From Bacteroidetes bacterium 2013_40CM_41_45 (GTDB lineage Bacteria > Bacteroidota > Bacteroidia > AKYH767-A > 2013-40CM-41-45), in the NCBI GenBank assembly GCA_002215675.1, contig NGFH01000002.1, positions 76,975 to 140,974 on the forward strand: DNA of 64,000 nucleotides, in the 5' to 3' direction. The position numbers and the translations under genes are program-made. Shown in pieces: positions 38,247-48,449 of this stretch (within the stretch, counting starts at the first letter, position 1; every line of letters begins with the position of its first letter). The notes below the pieces were generated by a model. The model was not told the DNA's origin. It did no database searches and was given only the letters and a program-made list of their open reading frames with translations.

Positions 38247-38591
38247 ATGGAATCAATAATAGCGCATAATAGGACAGCAGTTGTACTAAATGCAAACCAA
38301 GAACAACATATTTCGTTTGGTACTAATATCGATGCAACAGAAGCAAGAGTGTATTTGCGATATCCTCCACTTAAAAACGACAGTAGACTGGAAATTTTCT
38401 TTTCTGATACTGATGGTAGAAAGGCAGGAAACGGGCATGTGATTCTATCGAATAGTGGAACTTCAGAATTCACATTAGAATTCTCAGATGAACAATATGT
38501 AGGTATGAAATCATATATTTTTAATGGAATAGCGTTCAAATGCCCTCATAACTTCACTTTTGAATTCTGGATTGAAAGGCAACCATTATAA
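38247..38591 (+). CDS. Hypothetical beta-rich protein
   Basis: 114-aa co-oriented ORF; no family recognised. Confidence 0.55.
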   Translation: MESIIAHNRTAVVLNANQEQHISFGTNIDATEARVYLRYPPLKNDSRLEIFFSDTDGRKAGNGHVILSNSGTSEFTLEFSDEQYVGMKSYIFNGIAFKCPHNFTFEFWIERQPL

Positions 38592-38685
38592 ATCTATAAC
38601 ATTCGAGTTGATTCACTAGGCGCGATGCATTTTTTGTAGAATCGATACGAAATGTTAGGTTTGTGTTCACGAGATTAGCTCTATA

Positions 38686-41079
38686 GTGAACTTTAAAGGT
38701 CTTTTTGAAAAGCTTTATTTCGCTTCCTCTGAAGAAGCGGTTGATGAAATTATTAATCAACATCCTGATATTTTTAAAAATGAAAATTGGAGTCCGTTTG
38801 GAGGAGACGAAAAACTTTTTGGAATTGTCAGAGGTCAGCAATCCAGTCCTATCGCTGCATTGGTTGAGAAAGTGACAAATTCCATTGACGCAATTTTAAT
38901 GAGGAAGTGTTTTGAATCAGGAATTAATCCGTCCTCAACGAATGCTCCACGTACTATGGGTGAGGCAATCAATAAATTTTTCCCTGACCATAAGAACTGG
39001 GATCTGTCAAAGTTTAGAGCGAAGCAGTCAGAGGAAATTCAGGTTGTTGCTGATGGTCCACCCCGTAACACTTCAGTAATTATCTATGACAATGGCGAAG
39101 GACAACACCCACAGGAATTTGAAAACACATTTTTGTCTTTGGTGCGCGGGAATAAAATCAACATCCATTTTGTGCAGGGGAAATATAACATGGGCGGCAG
39201 CGGTGCTTTAGTTTTCTGTGGAAGGAAGCGATTTCAACTCATTGGCTCAAAGCGGTTTGACCATTCAGGGAAATTTGGTTTTACATTATGCAGACAACGA
39301 AAGATAGGTGATGCGACTGATGCAAAACGTTTCAGCTATTTTGAATATCTAAAAATTGAAGGAGAGATTCCTTTGTTTGAATCCGGTGAAATGGATTTGA
39401 AGCTCTTAAATAGAAAATTTAAAACGGGCACAATAATTAAATTGTATTCATATCAATTTCCTTCGGGATATTCTGGGTTTGCTCAGGACTTAAATCAAAG
39501 CTTAAATGAATTTCTTTTTGAACCCGTACTGCCTGTTTACACAGTTGATAACAAAGAACGATATCCAAACAACAAAGTTCTTGAGCTTGATTTATATGGA
39601 TTGAAAAGAAGATTAGAAGAGGATAAAAACGATTATGTTGAAAGATTTTTTTCGGAAGAATACGTTGATGAGCTTTTTGGAATAACAAAAGTCACATGTT
39701 ATGTTTTCAAACCTAAACTTGAGAAGCGAAATGTAAAAGAATCAAAAAAGATTATTGGGGACCGGTTCTTTCGGAATGATATGTCAGTTATGTTTTCCGT
39801 AAATGGACAAGTTCAGGGCAGTTATACTTCTGAATTCATTACGCGTACATTGAAATTTAATTTGCTGAAGGATTATTTACTTATTCATTGCGACTGTACG
39901 AATATGAAACCTGACTTCAGGGAAGAAATATTTATGTCCGATAGGGAAAGGTTGTCCAAAGGGGAGGACGCTCTTGCTCTTCGGGATTACTTAGGAAAGA
40001 AGCTGCGAAAGAGTCAATTGGATGAAATCAATCGACACAGAAAAGAATCCATCGGATTAGAAAGTGAAGATACTTCTGAACTGATAAAGTCATTTGCGAA
40101 AAATCTTCCGAAAGACAGTGAGTTGTTCAAACTTCTACAAAACACATTGAAGCTGGAAGAGAAAAAAGAAACCAAGAAATCTGAGGACGGACAAAGGCCA
40201 AAAAATGTAAAGGAAGAAAAACCGTTTAATCCAAGTCGTTTCCCATCGCTGTTTAAGTTGAATGGAAGTAAAGGCGGTATAACCGTGATCAATCTGCCAG
40301 TTAACGGAGAGAAAACAATAAGGTTTGATACTGACGTTGAAGATGATTATTTCGACAGGGTTGATGAACCAGGTGAACTGCAGATAGCTCTTTTGAAGAT
40401 AAAAAGAAATATTGTTGGAGGTGGAGATAAACCTGGAAGTAAAAAAGAAATTTCCGAATATCTGAATATTGTAAAAAGCAGCCCTAGTAGAGGTACTATA
40501 AGACTTACTCTCAATCCCACCCATGAGTTGAAAATAGATGACGAAGTTGAAATAAAAGTTTCACTTACTGCTCCAGGAGAAGCAAAGGACGAAATGCTTC
40601 TTGTAAAAATTGTTCAACCTGAAGCGCCGAAAGAAAAAGCACCTAAACAGGAGGAAGAATTAGAAAGTATAGGTTTACCTGAACTCAAACGTGTTACATC
40701 TCAGCAATGGGAACAAATGGAACAACACGGTATTTCAATGAACAGAGATACAGTAATGTTTCCTGTTGGCGAGGGAGATAAACTTGAAAAAGTTTACATC
40801 AACTTAGACAGTCGTGTTTTTTTGAATCATCGCTCTAAGCTGAAATCAGAAGATCAAATTACAGTTGCGCAAAAACGTTACCTCTCCTCTGTATATTTTC
40901 ATACTCTATTTCTTTACATAATTACAAAAAGAAAAAAATATTCTCTTACTATCCCAAAAGGGGATAAGCAGGAAGAAGTTACCGTTGATGAATATATCCG
41001 CGATGTATTTGATAGTTACTACTCCGACTTTTTATTGAACTTCGGGATGGAGCAATTGATGGGAGTGTTAGAAGAATAA
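38686..41079 (+). CDS. GHKL/MORC-like (Hsp90-type) ATPase domain protein
   Basis: LVEKVTNSIDA (N-box), IYDNGEG (G1), GKYNMGGSG (G2), GTIIKL (G3). Confidence 0.8.
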   Translation: MNFKGLFEKLYFASSEEAVDEIINQHPDIFKNENWSPFGGDEKLFGIVRGQQSSPIAALVEKVTNSIDAILMRKCFESGINPSSTNAPRTMGEAINKFFPDHKNWDLSKFRAKQSEEIQVVADGPPRNTSVIIYDNGEGQHPQEFENTFLSLVRGNKINIHFVQGKYNMGGSGALVFCGRKRFQLIGSKRFDHSGKFGFTLCRQRKIGDATDAKRFSYFEYLKIEGEIPLFESGEMDLKLLNRKFKTGTIIKLYSYQFPSGYSGFAQDLNQSLNEFLFEPVLPVYTVDNKERYPNNKVLELDLYGLKRRLEEDKNDYVERFFSEEYVDELFGITKVTCYVFKPKLEKRNVKESKKIIGDRFFRNDMSVMFSVNGQVQGSYTSEFITRTLKFNLLKDYLLIHCDCTNMKPDFREEIFMSDRERLSKGEDALALRDYLGKKLRKSQLDEINRHRKESIGLESEDTSELIKSFAKNLPKDSELFKLLQNTLKLEEKKETKKSEDGQRPKNVKEEKPFNPSRFPSLFKLNGSKGGITVINLPVNGEKTIRFDTDVEDDYFDRVDEPGELQIALLKIKRNIVGGGDKPGSKKEISEYLNIVKSSPSRGTIRLTLNPTHELKIDDEVEIKVSLTAPGEAKDEMLLVKIVQPEAPKEKAPKQEEELESIGLPELKRVTSQQWEQMEQHGISMNRDTVMFPVGEGDKLEKVYINLDSRVFLNHRSKLKSEDQITVAQKRYLSSVYFHTLFLYIITKRKKYSLTIPKGDKQEEVTVDEYIRDVFDSYYSDFLLNFGMEQLMGVLEE

Positions 41080-41939
41080 AAAGTAAAAAGCTAAAAAAAT
41101 GAAAATCTTAGATTTATTAAAAAAGCTTTCATTATTTATTTCTATAACGTTCTTAGGAGTACTTATTTCTAACTTATTTCCTGGTCAATATAACAAACTT
41201 ATTGTTATAATAATTTGCATTGCATTTATTTCATATGCGGCTACTTATTTCATACATAGGAGTATAAGCAAAAATATAACTAATAAGTCCTTAGATATTA
41301 CTGGTTTTTTTCTCACCGAAAGAGGAAGGAAATTTATTGCAACAATGGAAGTAATGGGTATTCATGATGTATTTAGTAAGCTAAGAGGAAGCGAGGCGGA
41401 TCCTCGTAATATCGTAAAAAGTGTAAAAAAATCCTTATATTTTATGGGAGGTACAGCATCCAAATGGAGAGATATGGAGGCTCTAAATGGAATTGCAAAG
41501 TTGCAAGCTGATAATGTTGAAATTAAATTTCTTTTATTCAATCCCGAATCAAAAAATAAGCAAGAATTCTTTAAGTTAAGACAACTTGAAGCGAGCAATA
41601 CATATTTTATGGAATTTATGAATAGAAATAAAAATGTTGAAATAAGAGTATTCGATTTTTTGCCACATATTCGTTTAAACATAATTGATAACAAAGTCAT
41701 GTATGTTTATAGTTATTATGATCATAATGCAAACTATAGTTTTGGGGAAGAAACTCCAGTTATTAAGCTCTTAAATGATTCTGAGATTCAAAAACCTTTG
41801 TACGAGGCGTTTCAAAAATATTTTGAAAATGTTTGGTCTGAGTCTAAGCAAATAATTCCAAAAGTTTGACAGGAAGACATTCTAATTTTTTTTATTGAAC
41901 TTCGGAATGGAGCAATTGATGGGAGTTCTTGAGGAATAA
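41029..41939 (+). repeat. 51-bp imperfect direct repeat of the ATPase gene 3' end flanking the 256-aa gene
   Basis: 41029-41079 versus 41889-41939; five mismatches, all synonymous for FLLNFGMEQLMGVLEE*. Confidence 0.9.
41099..41869 (+). CDS. 2TM protein with DUF5919/PLD-like C-terminal domain
   Basis: Two N-terminal TM helices; IKFLLFNPES...EIRVFD..P.IRLNIID...YFENVW pattern. Confidence 0.65.
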   Translation: MKILDLLKKLSLFISITFLGVLISNLFPGQYNKLIVIIICIAFISYAATYFIHRSISKNITNKSLDITGFFLTERGRKFIATMEVMGIHDVFSKLRGSEADPRNIVKSVKKSLYFMGGTASKWRDMEALNGIAKLQADNVEIKFLLFNPESKNKQEFFKLRQLEASNTYFMEFMNRNKNVEIRVFDFLPHIRLNIIDNKVMYVYSYYDHNANYSFGEETPVIKLLNDSEIQKPLYEAFQKYFENVWSESKQIIPKV

Positions 41940-41940
41940 T

Positions 41941-42978
41941 TTAAGCAGCTTTTACAAATAGTTTATCTGCTTCAATCTTTAAAAGCCGTATAATATCATT
42001 AATTTCAGTGTATCTCCTTTTCTTAGAATGATTAAGCATTGTTCTGACAATTTGGTAAATTCTCGAATGCTTAATCATAAAATCCTTTTCCTTTATTACT
42101 CCAATTGGAGCATTATATTGAAATATGTACCAAAACACTTTTCCCAATTGAAATATATCAGACTGATGGTCAATAAAACAATTATGATCGAATTCAAAAT
42201 TCTTTCCTTCGCATAAAAATTTATTCATTGACTCAGGAGACAGCCATCCGGCGGGACCTATACGCTCTGCAATGTTATCTATCATATCTAAACTATTCCG
42301 TTCTGCGATTAGGCCTAAATCACCTATTTTCCAAAGTGAATCAATCATAAAAATATTATCGGGCTTAATGTCTCTATGATAATAACCTAATGAAAATAAT
42401 TCCTTTAATCCTTCACAAAGACTTATAGATAATTCAATCTTTTCATATAATTCTAAACGGTTGTGATTAAGCTCAATGTATTTTTTCAAATCATTGTTGG
42501 CATATTCCATTGTGTAAAACAAATATTCATCATAGGATGTATTAGGAACGTTTCTTATTTTGCAAGTTCCATCATGAAAGATTTTTATAACGTTCTGAAA
42601 GTTTTCTGCATTACATTTTTTTAGAGCGTCTATTTCCTTTTTGAACCGCTTCTCTTTTTTTGACGGAAATCTTAAATTAGAAGAGTTTTTTGAGTTCGAT
42701 ATTTTCAAAACAATATCGGGATCTCCATATTCAATATTTCCTGTATTGACTTCATCGAATGTCTGACTTTCATAAAGATTTAGGATAATAGAATTACCAC
42801 CCTTATTACCTGGACTTGCCCCATTAAGGTATGTAAAGTAATATCCTATTCCATCAATTGTAATAAAATTATCTTTTGGATTTTCTATAGTAATAGGCTG
42901 GCCATATTGACTGGTTCCAACTCGATTGTAAATCGTGCTATTTATAATTAATTTATTATCTGGAAAATTAAATTCCAT
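41941..42978 (-). CDS. Hanks-type Ser/Thr protein kinase
   Basis: GNKGGNS loop, VLKI, KEI (alphaC Glu), YHRDIKPDN, GDLG, WLSPE, SDIFQLG. Confidence 0.92.
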   Translation of the reverse strand: MEFNFPDNKLIINSTIYNRVGTSQYGQPITIENPKDNFITIDGIGYYFTYLNGASPGNKGGNSIILNLYESQTFDEVNTGNIEYGDPDIVLKISNSKNSSNLRFPSKKEKRFKKEIDALKKCNAENFQNVIKIFHDGTCKIRNVPNTSYDEYLFYTMEYANNDLKKYIELNHNRLELYEKIELSISLCEGLKELFSLGYYHRDIKPDNIFMIDSLWKIGDLGLIAERNSLDMIDNIAERIGPAGWLSPESMNKFLCEGKNFEFDHNCFIDHQSDIFQLGKVFWYIFQYNAPIGVIKEKDFMIKHSRIYQIVRTMLNHSKKRRYTEINDIIRLLKIEADKLFVKAA

Positions 42979-42982
42979 GATT

Positions 42983-44101
42983 TCATTTATTTAAGCTTTC
43001 AACATCAAGCAATTCAAAATTTCCAATTTTCTTCAGACTTACTTTTCTATTTCCAAACAATGACGATAAATAATTTAATACGTCAGCCAAAGTCTCATTA
43101 ATATTAATAGATTCATTTTTAAGTATCGCATTAAAAAAATTCAATCTTTTTTCTCTGGCACTTTTTGAATTGGATTGAGTGATACAATTATTTGCATATT
43201 CCTTAAGAGCTAGGCACTCTTCGTTAGATGGACGTATCATTTGCCTCCCATCTTTATCTTTACCATCGATAACAAGCAATATTTTGTATTGATACTTTAA
43301 GACCTCATTTTCTAAATCAATATTCTCACTAAGGAATGAGAATAATGTGTAAAAATCATTCTTCTGTTTATATCGTGTTCCAACCAGTGGAGTGATATTA
43401 TTTAGCAATTCTATTTTATCTATTATTCTTTTAAAAGTTTTGTCAAGGTAATTGTACTCATCTTGATTAATGTCTGATTTAAAAACACCCTCTACAGACT
43501 TCCTTTTGTCTTTAACTCCTGAAATTAAATATGCTAAAAGTTCCTCAATGAACGCTCTATCATTCATTCGTTTTGAAGTTGCTTCGGAGAAGAGATTCAA
43601 ATTGATTAAATTCTGATACGAAAGCAAATCATTCGCTAATTTCATAAACATAGAATCGTGAAATTCAGATTTATTTACTTCCGCTATATTAAGGTGAACC
43701 CCTTTTTTATTAATGAGGACATAAAATTCTTTTAAAAAAGCAGGATTTGAAACCTCGCGGATTAAAATTACGGGAATTCTATAATCAAGAAATCTTTCTT
43801 GATCTACACTAGAAAATTGAATTTTACTAAATGCTTTTGAAGATGTAATTTGTCCTTTAACAAATCGATAAATTGTTTTTGTCCGCTGTTGCCCGTCCAC
43901 AATTTCATAAGTTCCTCCTGGTTTTTCATAAAAGAAAAAACTTGGAAGTGGATATGCTTTCAAAATTGTATCAATTAGCTCCATTTGATTATCTGGAGAC
44001 CAAATAAAGTTCCTTTGATACGAGGGATTTAAATCAATAAGATTATTATCAATTAAATGAATGACTTCTCTTATTGAAAATTCTTTAAGAATAAATTCCA
44101 T
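42983..44101 (-). CDS. DUF262 (ParB-like/GmrS/SspE N-terminal-like) NTPase without a visible HNH domain
   Basis: PSYQRNFIW, IVDGQQR and FYVLINKKG motifs; no EHxxP/HNH motif seen in the 372 aa. Confidence 0.88.
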   Translation of the reverse strand: MEFILKEFSIREVIHLIDNNLIDLNPSYQRNFIWSPDNQMELIDTILKAYPLPSFFFYEKPGGTYEIVDGQQRTKTIYRFVKGQITSSKAFSKIQFSSVDQERFLDYRIPVILIREVSNPAFLKEFYVLINKKGVHLNIAEVNKSEFHDSMFMKLANDLLSYQNLINLNLFSEATSKRMNDRAFIEELLAYLISGVKDKRKSVEGVFKSDINQDEYNYLDKTFKRIIDKIELLNNITPLVGTRYKQKNDFYTLFSFLSENIDLENEVLKYQYKILLVIDGKDKDGRQMIRPSNEECLALKEYANNCITQSNSKSAREKRLNFFNAILKNESININETLADVLNYLSSLFGNRKVSLKKIGNFELLDVESLNK

Positions 44102-44104
44102 TTT

Positions 44105-45211
44105 TCAAACAAAACAAGCCGTACATCCTTCGTCGTCTAATTTTGGTAAGATGTCAAGCAACTTGTTGGATTTTGGCTTTTCGTTTTTTGTACGTTTAAG
44201 ATATTCTGATTTGATTTGCTCCATCCTGTTGGGTTGAATCAAATCGGTCAGACTTTCGTGCTGGTTCCATGTAAAACCCGCTTTTTCGTTTTCATATTTC
44301 ACTGCCGAATTAAAAAGGTCAGGATGTTGTTCGTAAAGCCAAATCCATTCTATGCGCTGCTGAAAAAAGCAAAAGTAGCAACCGGAACGACTCCGTGCAT
44401 ACATTCCATTTTCGCTCTCGGTTTTAAAAGGAAGTTTGGTGTAGTAGTTTGGCATCCCAACAGTTTCACGAAGTAGCTCTACAACATCTTCCATTTTATA
44501 AATATCTTCATTATCCAGTAAAGGAAAATTATGAACATTAGCTAAAGGATAAGATGTGCTTTTCAAAAACTCGAATGTTATGTGATTAAATGTAACGGTA
44601 TCTAAATTCAAAAGTGCTTTTAATTTTTGCTCTTTAGTGAATTCAACAGTGATAGGTTCTTCAATTACAGAAATGAAACGCGGTAAGCGTTCTTCACTTA
44701 CACGTTGCTGGTATTGTTTAGAAAGAAATGGAATATTGGTATTCGCCAACACTTTTGCAATTATATCTACGCTCCATATATTTTGACGGAAAGGAAAAAT
44801 AGATTGAATGTTTGGCTTGGTGGAGATGTATCCTTCGCGGTTTTCATCACCCCGAATACCGACATACGAAATCACAGGAGTATCACCGACAAATTTTTCA
44901 AACGGTTCAATTTTTAATTTCTTCGTACACCAGCGAGCTGTTGGGCTTGGCAGGTATCCACCGAAAAGATTAAAGTAGTGATCAAATGGGTCTTTGTTGG
45001 AATCTTTGGCAGCTTCGAGATATGTAACCTTTTTTCCAAGGAAGCTTTCAAGATTCTTTATCAGGGTATAAGTGTCCTCTAATTCTTTTCCCGTATCGCA
45101 AAAATAATATTCAATATCCAGTTGAGGATAATTACGCTTCATATAAACCGCTAAAGCAGCGCTGTCCTTGCCTCCCGATATGCCGAGTACGTGCCTTATG
45201 CTATTGTTCAT
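44105..45211 (-). CDS. sspD: PAPS-reductase-family protein, SspD-like
   Basis: SGGKDS PP-loop, RWCTKKLKIEP, RSGCYFCFFQ, C-terminal GCTACF; follows DUF4007 and ATPase genes. Confidence 0.82.
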   Translation of the reverse strand: MNNSIRHVLGISGGKDSAALAVYMKRNYPQLDIEYYFCDTGKELEDTYTLIKNLESFLGKKVTYLEAAKDSNKDPFDHYFNLFGGYLPSPTARWCTKKLKIEPFEKFVGDTPVISYVGIRGDENREGYISTKPNIQSIFPFRQNIWSVDIIAKVLANTNIPFLSKQYQQRVSEERLPRFISVIEEPITVEFTKEQKLKALLNLDTVTFNHITFEFLKSTSYPLANVHNFPLLDNEDIYKMEDVVELLRETVGMPNYYTKLPFKTESENGMYARSRSGCYFCFFQQRIEWIWLYEQHPDLFNSAVKYENEKAGFTWNQHESLTDLIQPNRMEQIKSEYLKRTKNEKPKSNKLLDILPKLDDEGCTACFV

Positions 45212-48200
45212 TCGATAATTCTTCCTGTAAAAGTTTTACAAGGATACTGAGATTTGTTTTAGTGTCCTTTCGCAATATCGTCTTTATTTTTTGCACTGCA
45301 ACATCCACGTCCTTTTGCTGTGATTTTGGAATACGCAGAATCCTTTTACTTAATCCTTTTACAAAAGAAGATACTTGAAACATTAAAACTTCTTCATTTG
45401 CTTCATCCACATCCGACTTACTAAGTTCGCTTAAAGAATCCAATTCCAAAATAAATTCGCTGAACTGGGTGTGTAGTTTGCTTTCTTCTTCATCGGTTAT
45501 TGAATCCAAGGATTTTCCTATACAAGCCTGTGCAATAGAGGCAAGATAAGAATCGCGGTCATCCAATTCGGAAGTTAGACGGTTATAAAATGCTTTTTGT
45601 GCGGGAAGCAGCAAATACGTTTTTAAGCCGGAGAATCGCTTCTTAATAGAATTTTTGTAAGAAGGGAAATTTCCCTCAACGCCTAAAACATTTTTAACTG
45701 TTTCTTCAAAGAGAGTTAGTAGCTGGTTATAACTGCCTTGAATTTCACGAATGTAAGTTTGCAATTCTTGGACAAATTTCTCAGCAAGTTTTTCATCTTT
45801 TTTTAACTGAGGTAATGTATAGCCCAGTGCTGCCGGAAAATCTTCAAAGAAAATTTTTTCAGGATCAATTGCATTTGCGATTGCATCACGCAATGCGATT
45901 GCTTTTTTAGAAATGCGCTTTGTGGTTTTCGAATAGCTGCTGAGGTTTCTGTACAGGACTAAAAAGGGTCTAATCGTTTCAATAAAACTTTTATTTGATA
46001 CCCTAATGTCCTTGCTTTGATTGATAAGGGTGCGATACCGCCTGAATAATTTTATCCGAATGCTGTCCAAATCAAATGCCTTGATGCTGAAGTTTGCCGG
46101 CTTGCGAACGAGCAGATCTAAAACATCAGATTTAATTTCTGGAATATATTTTCCCTCATCATCATAAAGTGCATATTCATCCTGTTGTGAGATAAGAAAA
46201 ACGCATAGCCAAAAATCAAGAAATCCTTTTTTGAGTTTGATAGGTTTGCGAGAAAGAATATCTACTAACTCCTGTAAATTGCGTTTATCTGTTTTCGCAC
46301 TCGAAATAAAATCAACGCATATTTTCCACAGTGGCAGGAAAGAACTTTCAGCAGGTCGGCTTAATTGCCAGAATCCTTCACTGTTGTTATGTATGCCGGG
46401 TTCCTTTAAAAGAGAAAGGTAAATAGTTTTCTGAGGTGGAAAATGAGTTTCATCAAACCCAATATTTTCTATGTCACAACGCGATAAAAGCGCAAGAACC
46501 AAATCCCTTCTTGCAGCTGAAATCTGAGGGGAAATACTTGTTTTATTCACCATCTCATTTTTGAAATGAGGTGTTCTATTGTAAACGGTATTACAGATTT
46601 CGGAAAGTTTCTGATTCAGTTGCGTGCTGTTTTTGATATGTAGTTTTTCATCCCTAAAATACCATTCAACAATTTCAGGATTGTAGAAACTATCCATCAC
46701 AGCATGATTAAGTAAATTGCGGTTGTGTTGCAAAATACCTTTAAGTTCGCGGACAGCTACTTTATCATCCGGATTTAGTTCAATTACTTTGTTTACTTTT
46801 TGAATTTCAAAAAGTAGCTTCTGAATTTCTTTTGTGTTCTTAAAGCAACCAAATAAAATTGCTTCATCAGAGTTTGCAGAAGCACGCCTTATTTCTGCTG
46901 CCCTAGGGTTGAGGGAGAAGACAAGATTAATGTAACCATCAATTTCATCTTCTGGAACTAAGCTAATTGGATTTTCACTGATTTGAAATTGAAAAAAACG
47001 GGGAGTACCTGTTTTAAAAAATTCTTTCTTGGTAAGTATAAAAGGGAACTCAAAATTTTGTTGCAAGTGATGAACTACGTTTGTTACACGTTCTATCAAA
47101 TTACCTGCTTGATCAATTGCTAAATCAATATCAATATCAGTTCCTTCAAACAGAATGTACTTAAATGCATAATTAACGTACCGAATGATTTTATACTTTT
47201 CTAAGGTTTCAATGATATGTTCCGCATTACGAATACCCAAAGAATATTTTGCATAGTCAATCAAAAATGATTTTGTAAGTTTAGCTGACGCAGTGGCAAA
47301 AATGTTAAGTAAACCAATACTCTTAATTAATTTAACTGCGTCATTTTGTTGCTTACTTTTAAATGCTTCTATTCCTTCAACTTGTGCAATAGATTTTTTT
47401 AAAAGATTCCATTCTACAAAGTGGGGGTTATTTTTACTGTTGATGAACGAATAATAATTATGAGCGAAATACTCGTATATACAAGCAAGGTTGTAATAAG
47501 GGTGCTCATCTGAATTATAATCGTTTATGCCGTAGAAGTCATTTGATTCTAAAAATGAAAATAAGCTGCGTTCGTTTTGCCCATAACGTTGTAATGCCAA
47601 AGTGAGCACCGCTGCTGAAAGAATATCAAACGGAAGGAGTTTCTGAGCAATATCTTCATTGAAATAATCACGAAGTGGGAATGCTTTCGCATCTCGGATA
47701 ACTTCAAACAACTTTTGAAAATCTTTGGCGTCATTTCCTTTTGTACTTCTAAGCATCCTCTCAGAAGCTAAATATAGAAGTTGTTCTACGGGTTCATTAA
47801 ACGTAATATCTTTTAATCTTCCTTTGACTTTATTCCATTCATTACGCTGTGCTTTTGTCAAATCAAAAGCATAAGTGCCAAAATCCTGGTGAAGAGTTGT
47901 AATTAAAAGCAAATTATTTTTTTCATCATTTGCCAATTCTGCTAGCTGTTGAATAAAATAAAGTTCCTCTTCGGGATCATTTTTTGCAGCGCATTCTAAA
48001 AATTTTCCAAACTCATCTACTGCAATTATTGTTTTATAATTTTTCTTTTTATTCGATTTACAACGAAATGAAATTTCCTGAAGCAAATCGGAAATTTTGA
48101 ATAGAGAATTATGGCGGACTTTAAAACGCTCTGAAAAAGATTGTGTGATAGAAACGTAACTACCTATCACTTCAATAAACTCCATTTTTCCATATGAGTC

Positions 48201-48449
48201 TGTAAATTTTTTTGCTTCAGGAAAGTGATTATGTCTTCCATTCAGTGTCTGATAAAGAGCGAGTAAGAAAGATGATTTACCTGTGCCATATGCACCGATA
48301 ATATTAAACGCGCGATTTCCAGCATCAAAATCTAAAAGAAGTTGTTTATAAACCTGCTTGGCGTTAGGTGTTGAAATGTAATTCAACGGTGAATCTAAGT
48401 CACGCTGAATATTTGCCGAGGGAGAAAATTTTGGTTTAATAGCAATCAT
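45201..48449 (-). CDS. sspC: Large P-loop ATPase, SspC-like
   Basis: Walker A GAYGTGKS, Walker B IIAVDEFGKFLE, QNERSLFSFL; overlaps both neighbours. Confidence 0.8.
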   Translation of the reverse strand: MIAIKPKFSPSANIQRDLDSPLNYISTPNAKQVYKQLLLDFDAGNRAFNIIGAYGTGKSSFLLALYQTLNGRHNHFPEAKKFTDSYGKMEFIEVIGSYVSITQSFSERFKVRHNSLFKISDLLQEISFRCKSNKKKNYKTIIAVDEFGKFLECAAKNDPEEELYFIQQLAELANDEKNNLLLITTLHQDFGTYAFDLTKAQRNEWNKVKGRLKDITFNEPVEQLLYLASERMLRSTKGNDAKDFQKLFEVIRDAKAFPLRDYFNEDIAQKLLPFDILSAAVLTLALQRYGQNERSLFSFLESNDFYGINDYNSDEHPYYNLACIYEYFAHNYYSFINSKNNPHFVEWNLLKKSIAQVEGIEAFKSKQQNDAVKLIKSIGLLNIFATASAKLTKSFLIDYAKYSLGIRNAEHIIETLEKYKIIRYVNYAFKYILFEGTDIDIDLAIDQAGNLIERVTNVVHHLQQNFEFPFILTKKEFFKTGTPRFFQFQISENPISLVPEDEIDGYINLVFSLNPRAAEIRRASANSDEAILFGCFKNTKEIQKLLFEIQKVNKVIELNPDDKVAVRELKGILQHNRNLLNHAVMDSFYNPEIVEWYFRDEKLHIKNSTQLNQKLSEICNTVYNRTPHFKNEMVNKTSISPQISAARRDLVLALLSRCDIENIGFDETHFPPQKTIYLSLLKEPGIHNNSEGFWQLSRPAESSFLPLWKICVDFISSAKTDKRNLQELVDILSRKPIKLKKGFLDFWLCVFLISQQDEYALYDDEGKYIPEIKSDVLDLLVRKPANFSIKAFDLDSIRIKLFRRYRTLINQSKDIRVSNKSFIETIRPFLVLYRNLSSYSKTTKRISKKAIALRDAIANAIDPEKIFFEDFPAALGYTLPQLKKDEKLAEKFVQELQTYIREIQGSYNQLLTLFEETVKNVLGVEGNFPSYKNSIKKRFSGLKTYLLLPAQKAFYNRLTSELDDRDSYLASIAQACIGKSLDSITDEEESKLHTQFSEFILELDSLSELSKSDVDEANEEVLMFQVSSFVKGLSKRILRIPKSQQKDVDVAVQKIKTILRKDTKTNLSILVKLLQEELSNEQ

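Noticed and set aside
37886-38591. Integron cassette array
   Set aside because: A cassette-family protein is present, but no attC-like palindromes flank the genes and neither integrase shows an IntI-specific insertion that I can see.
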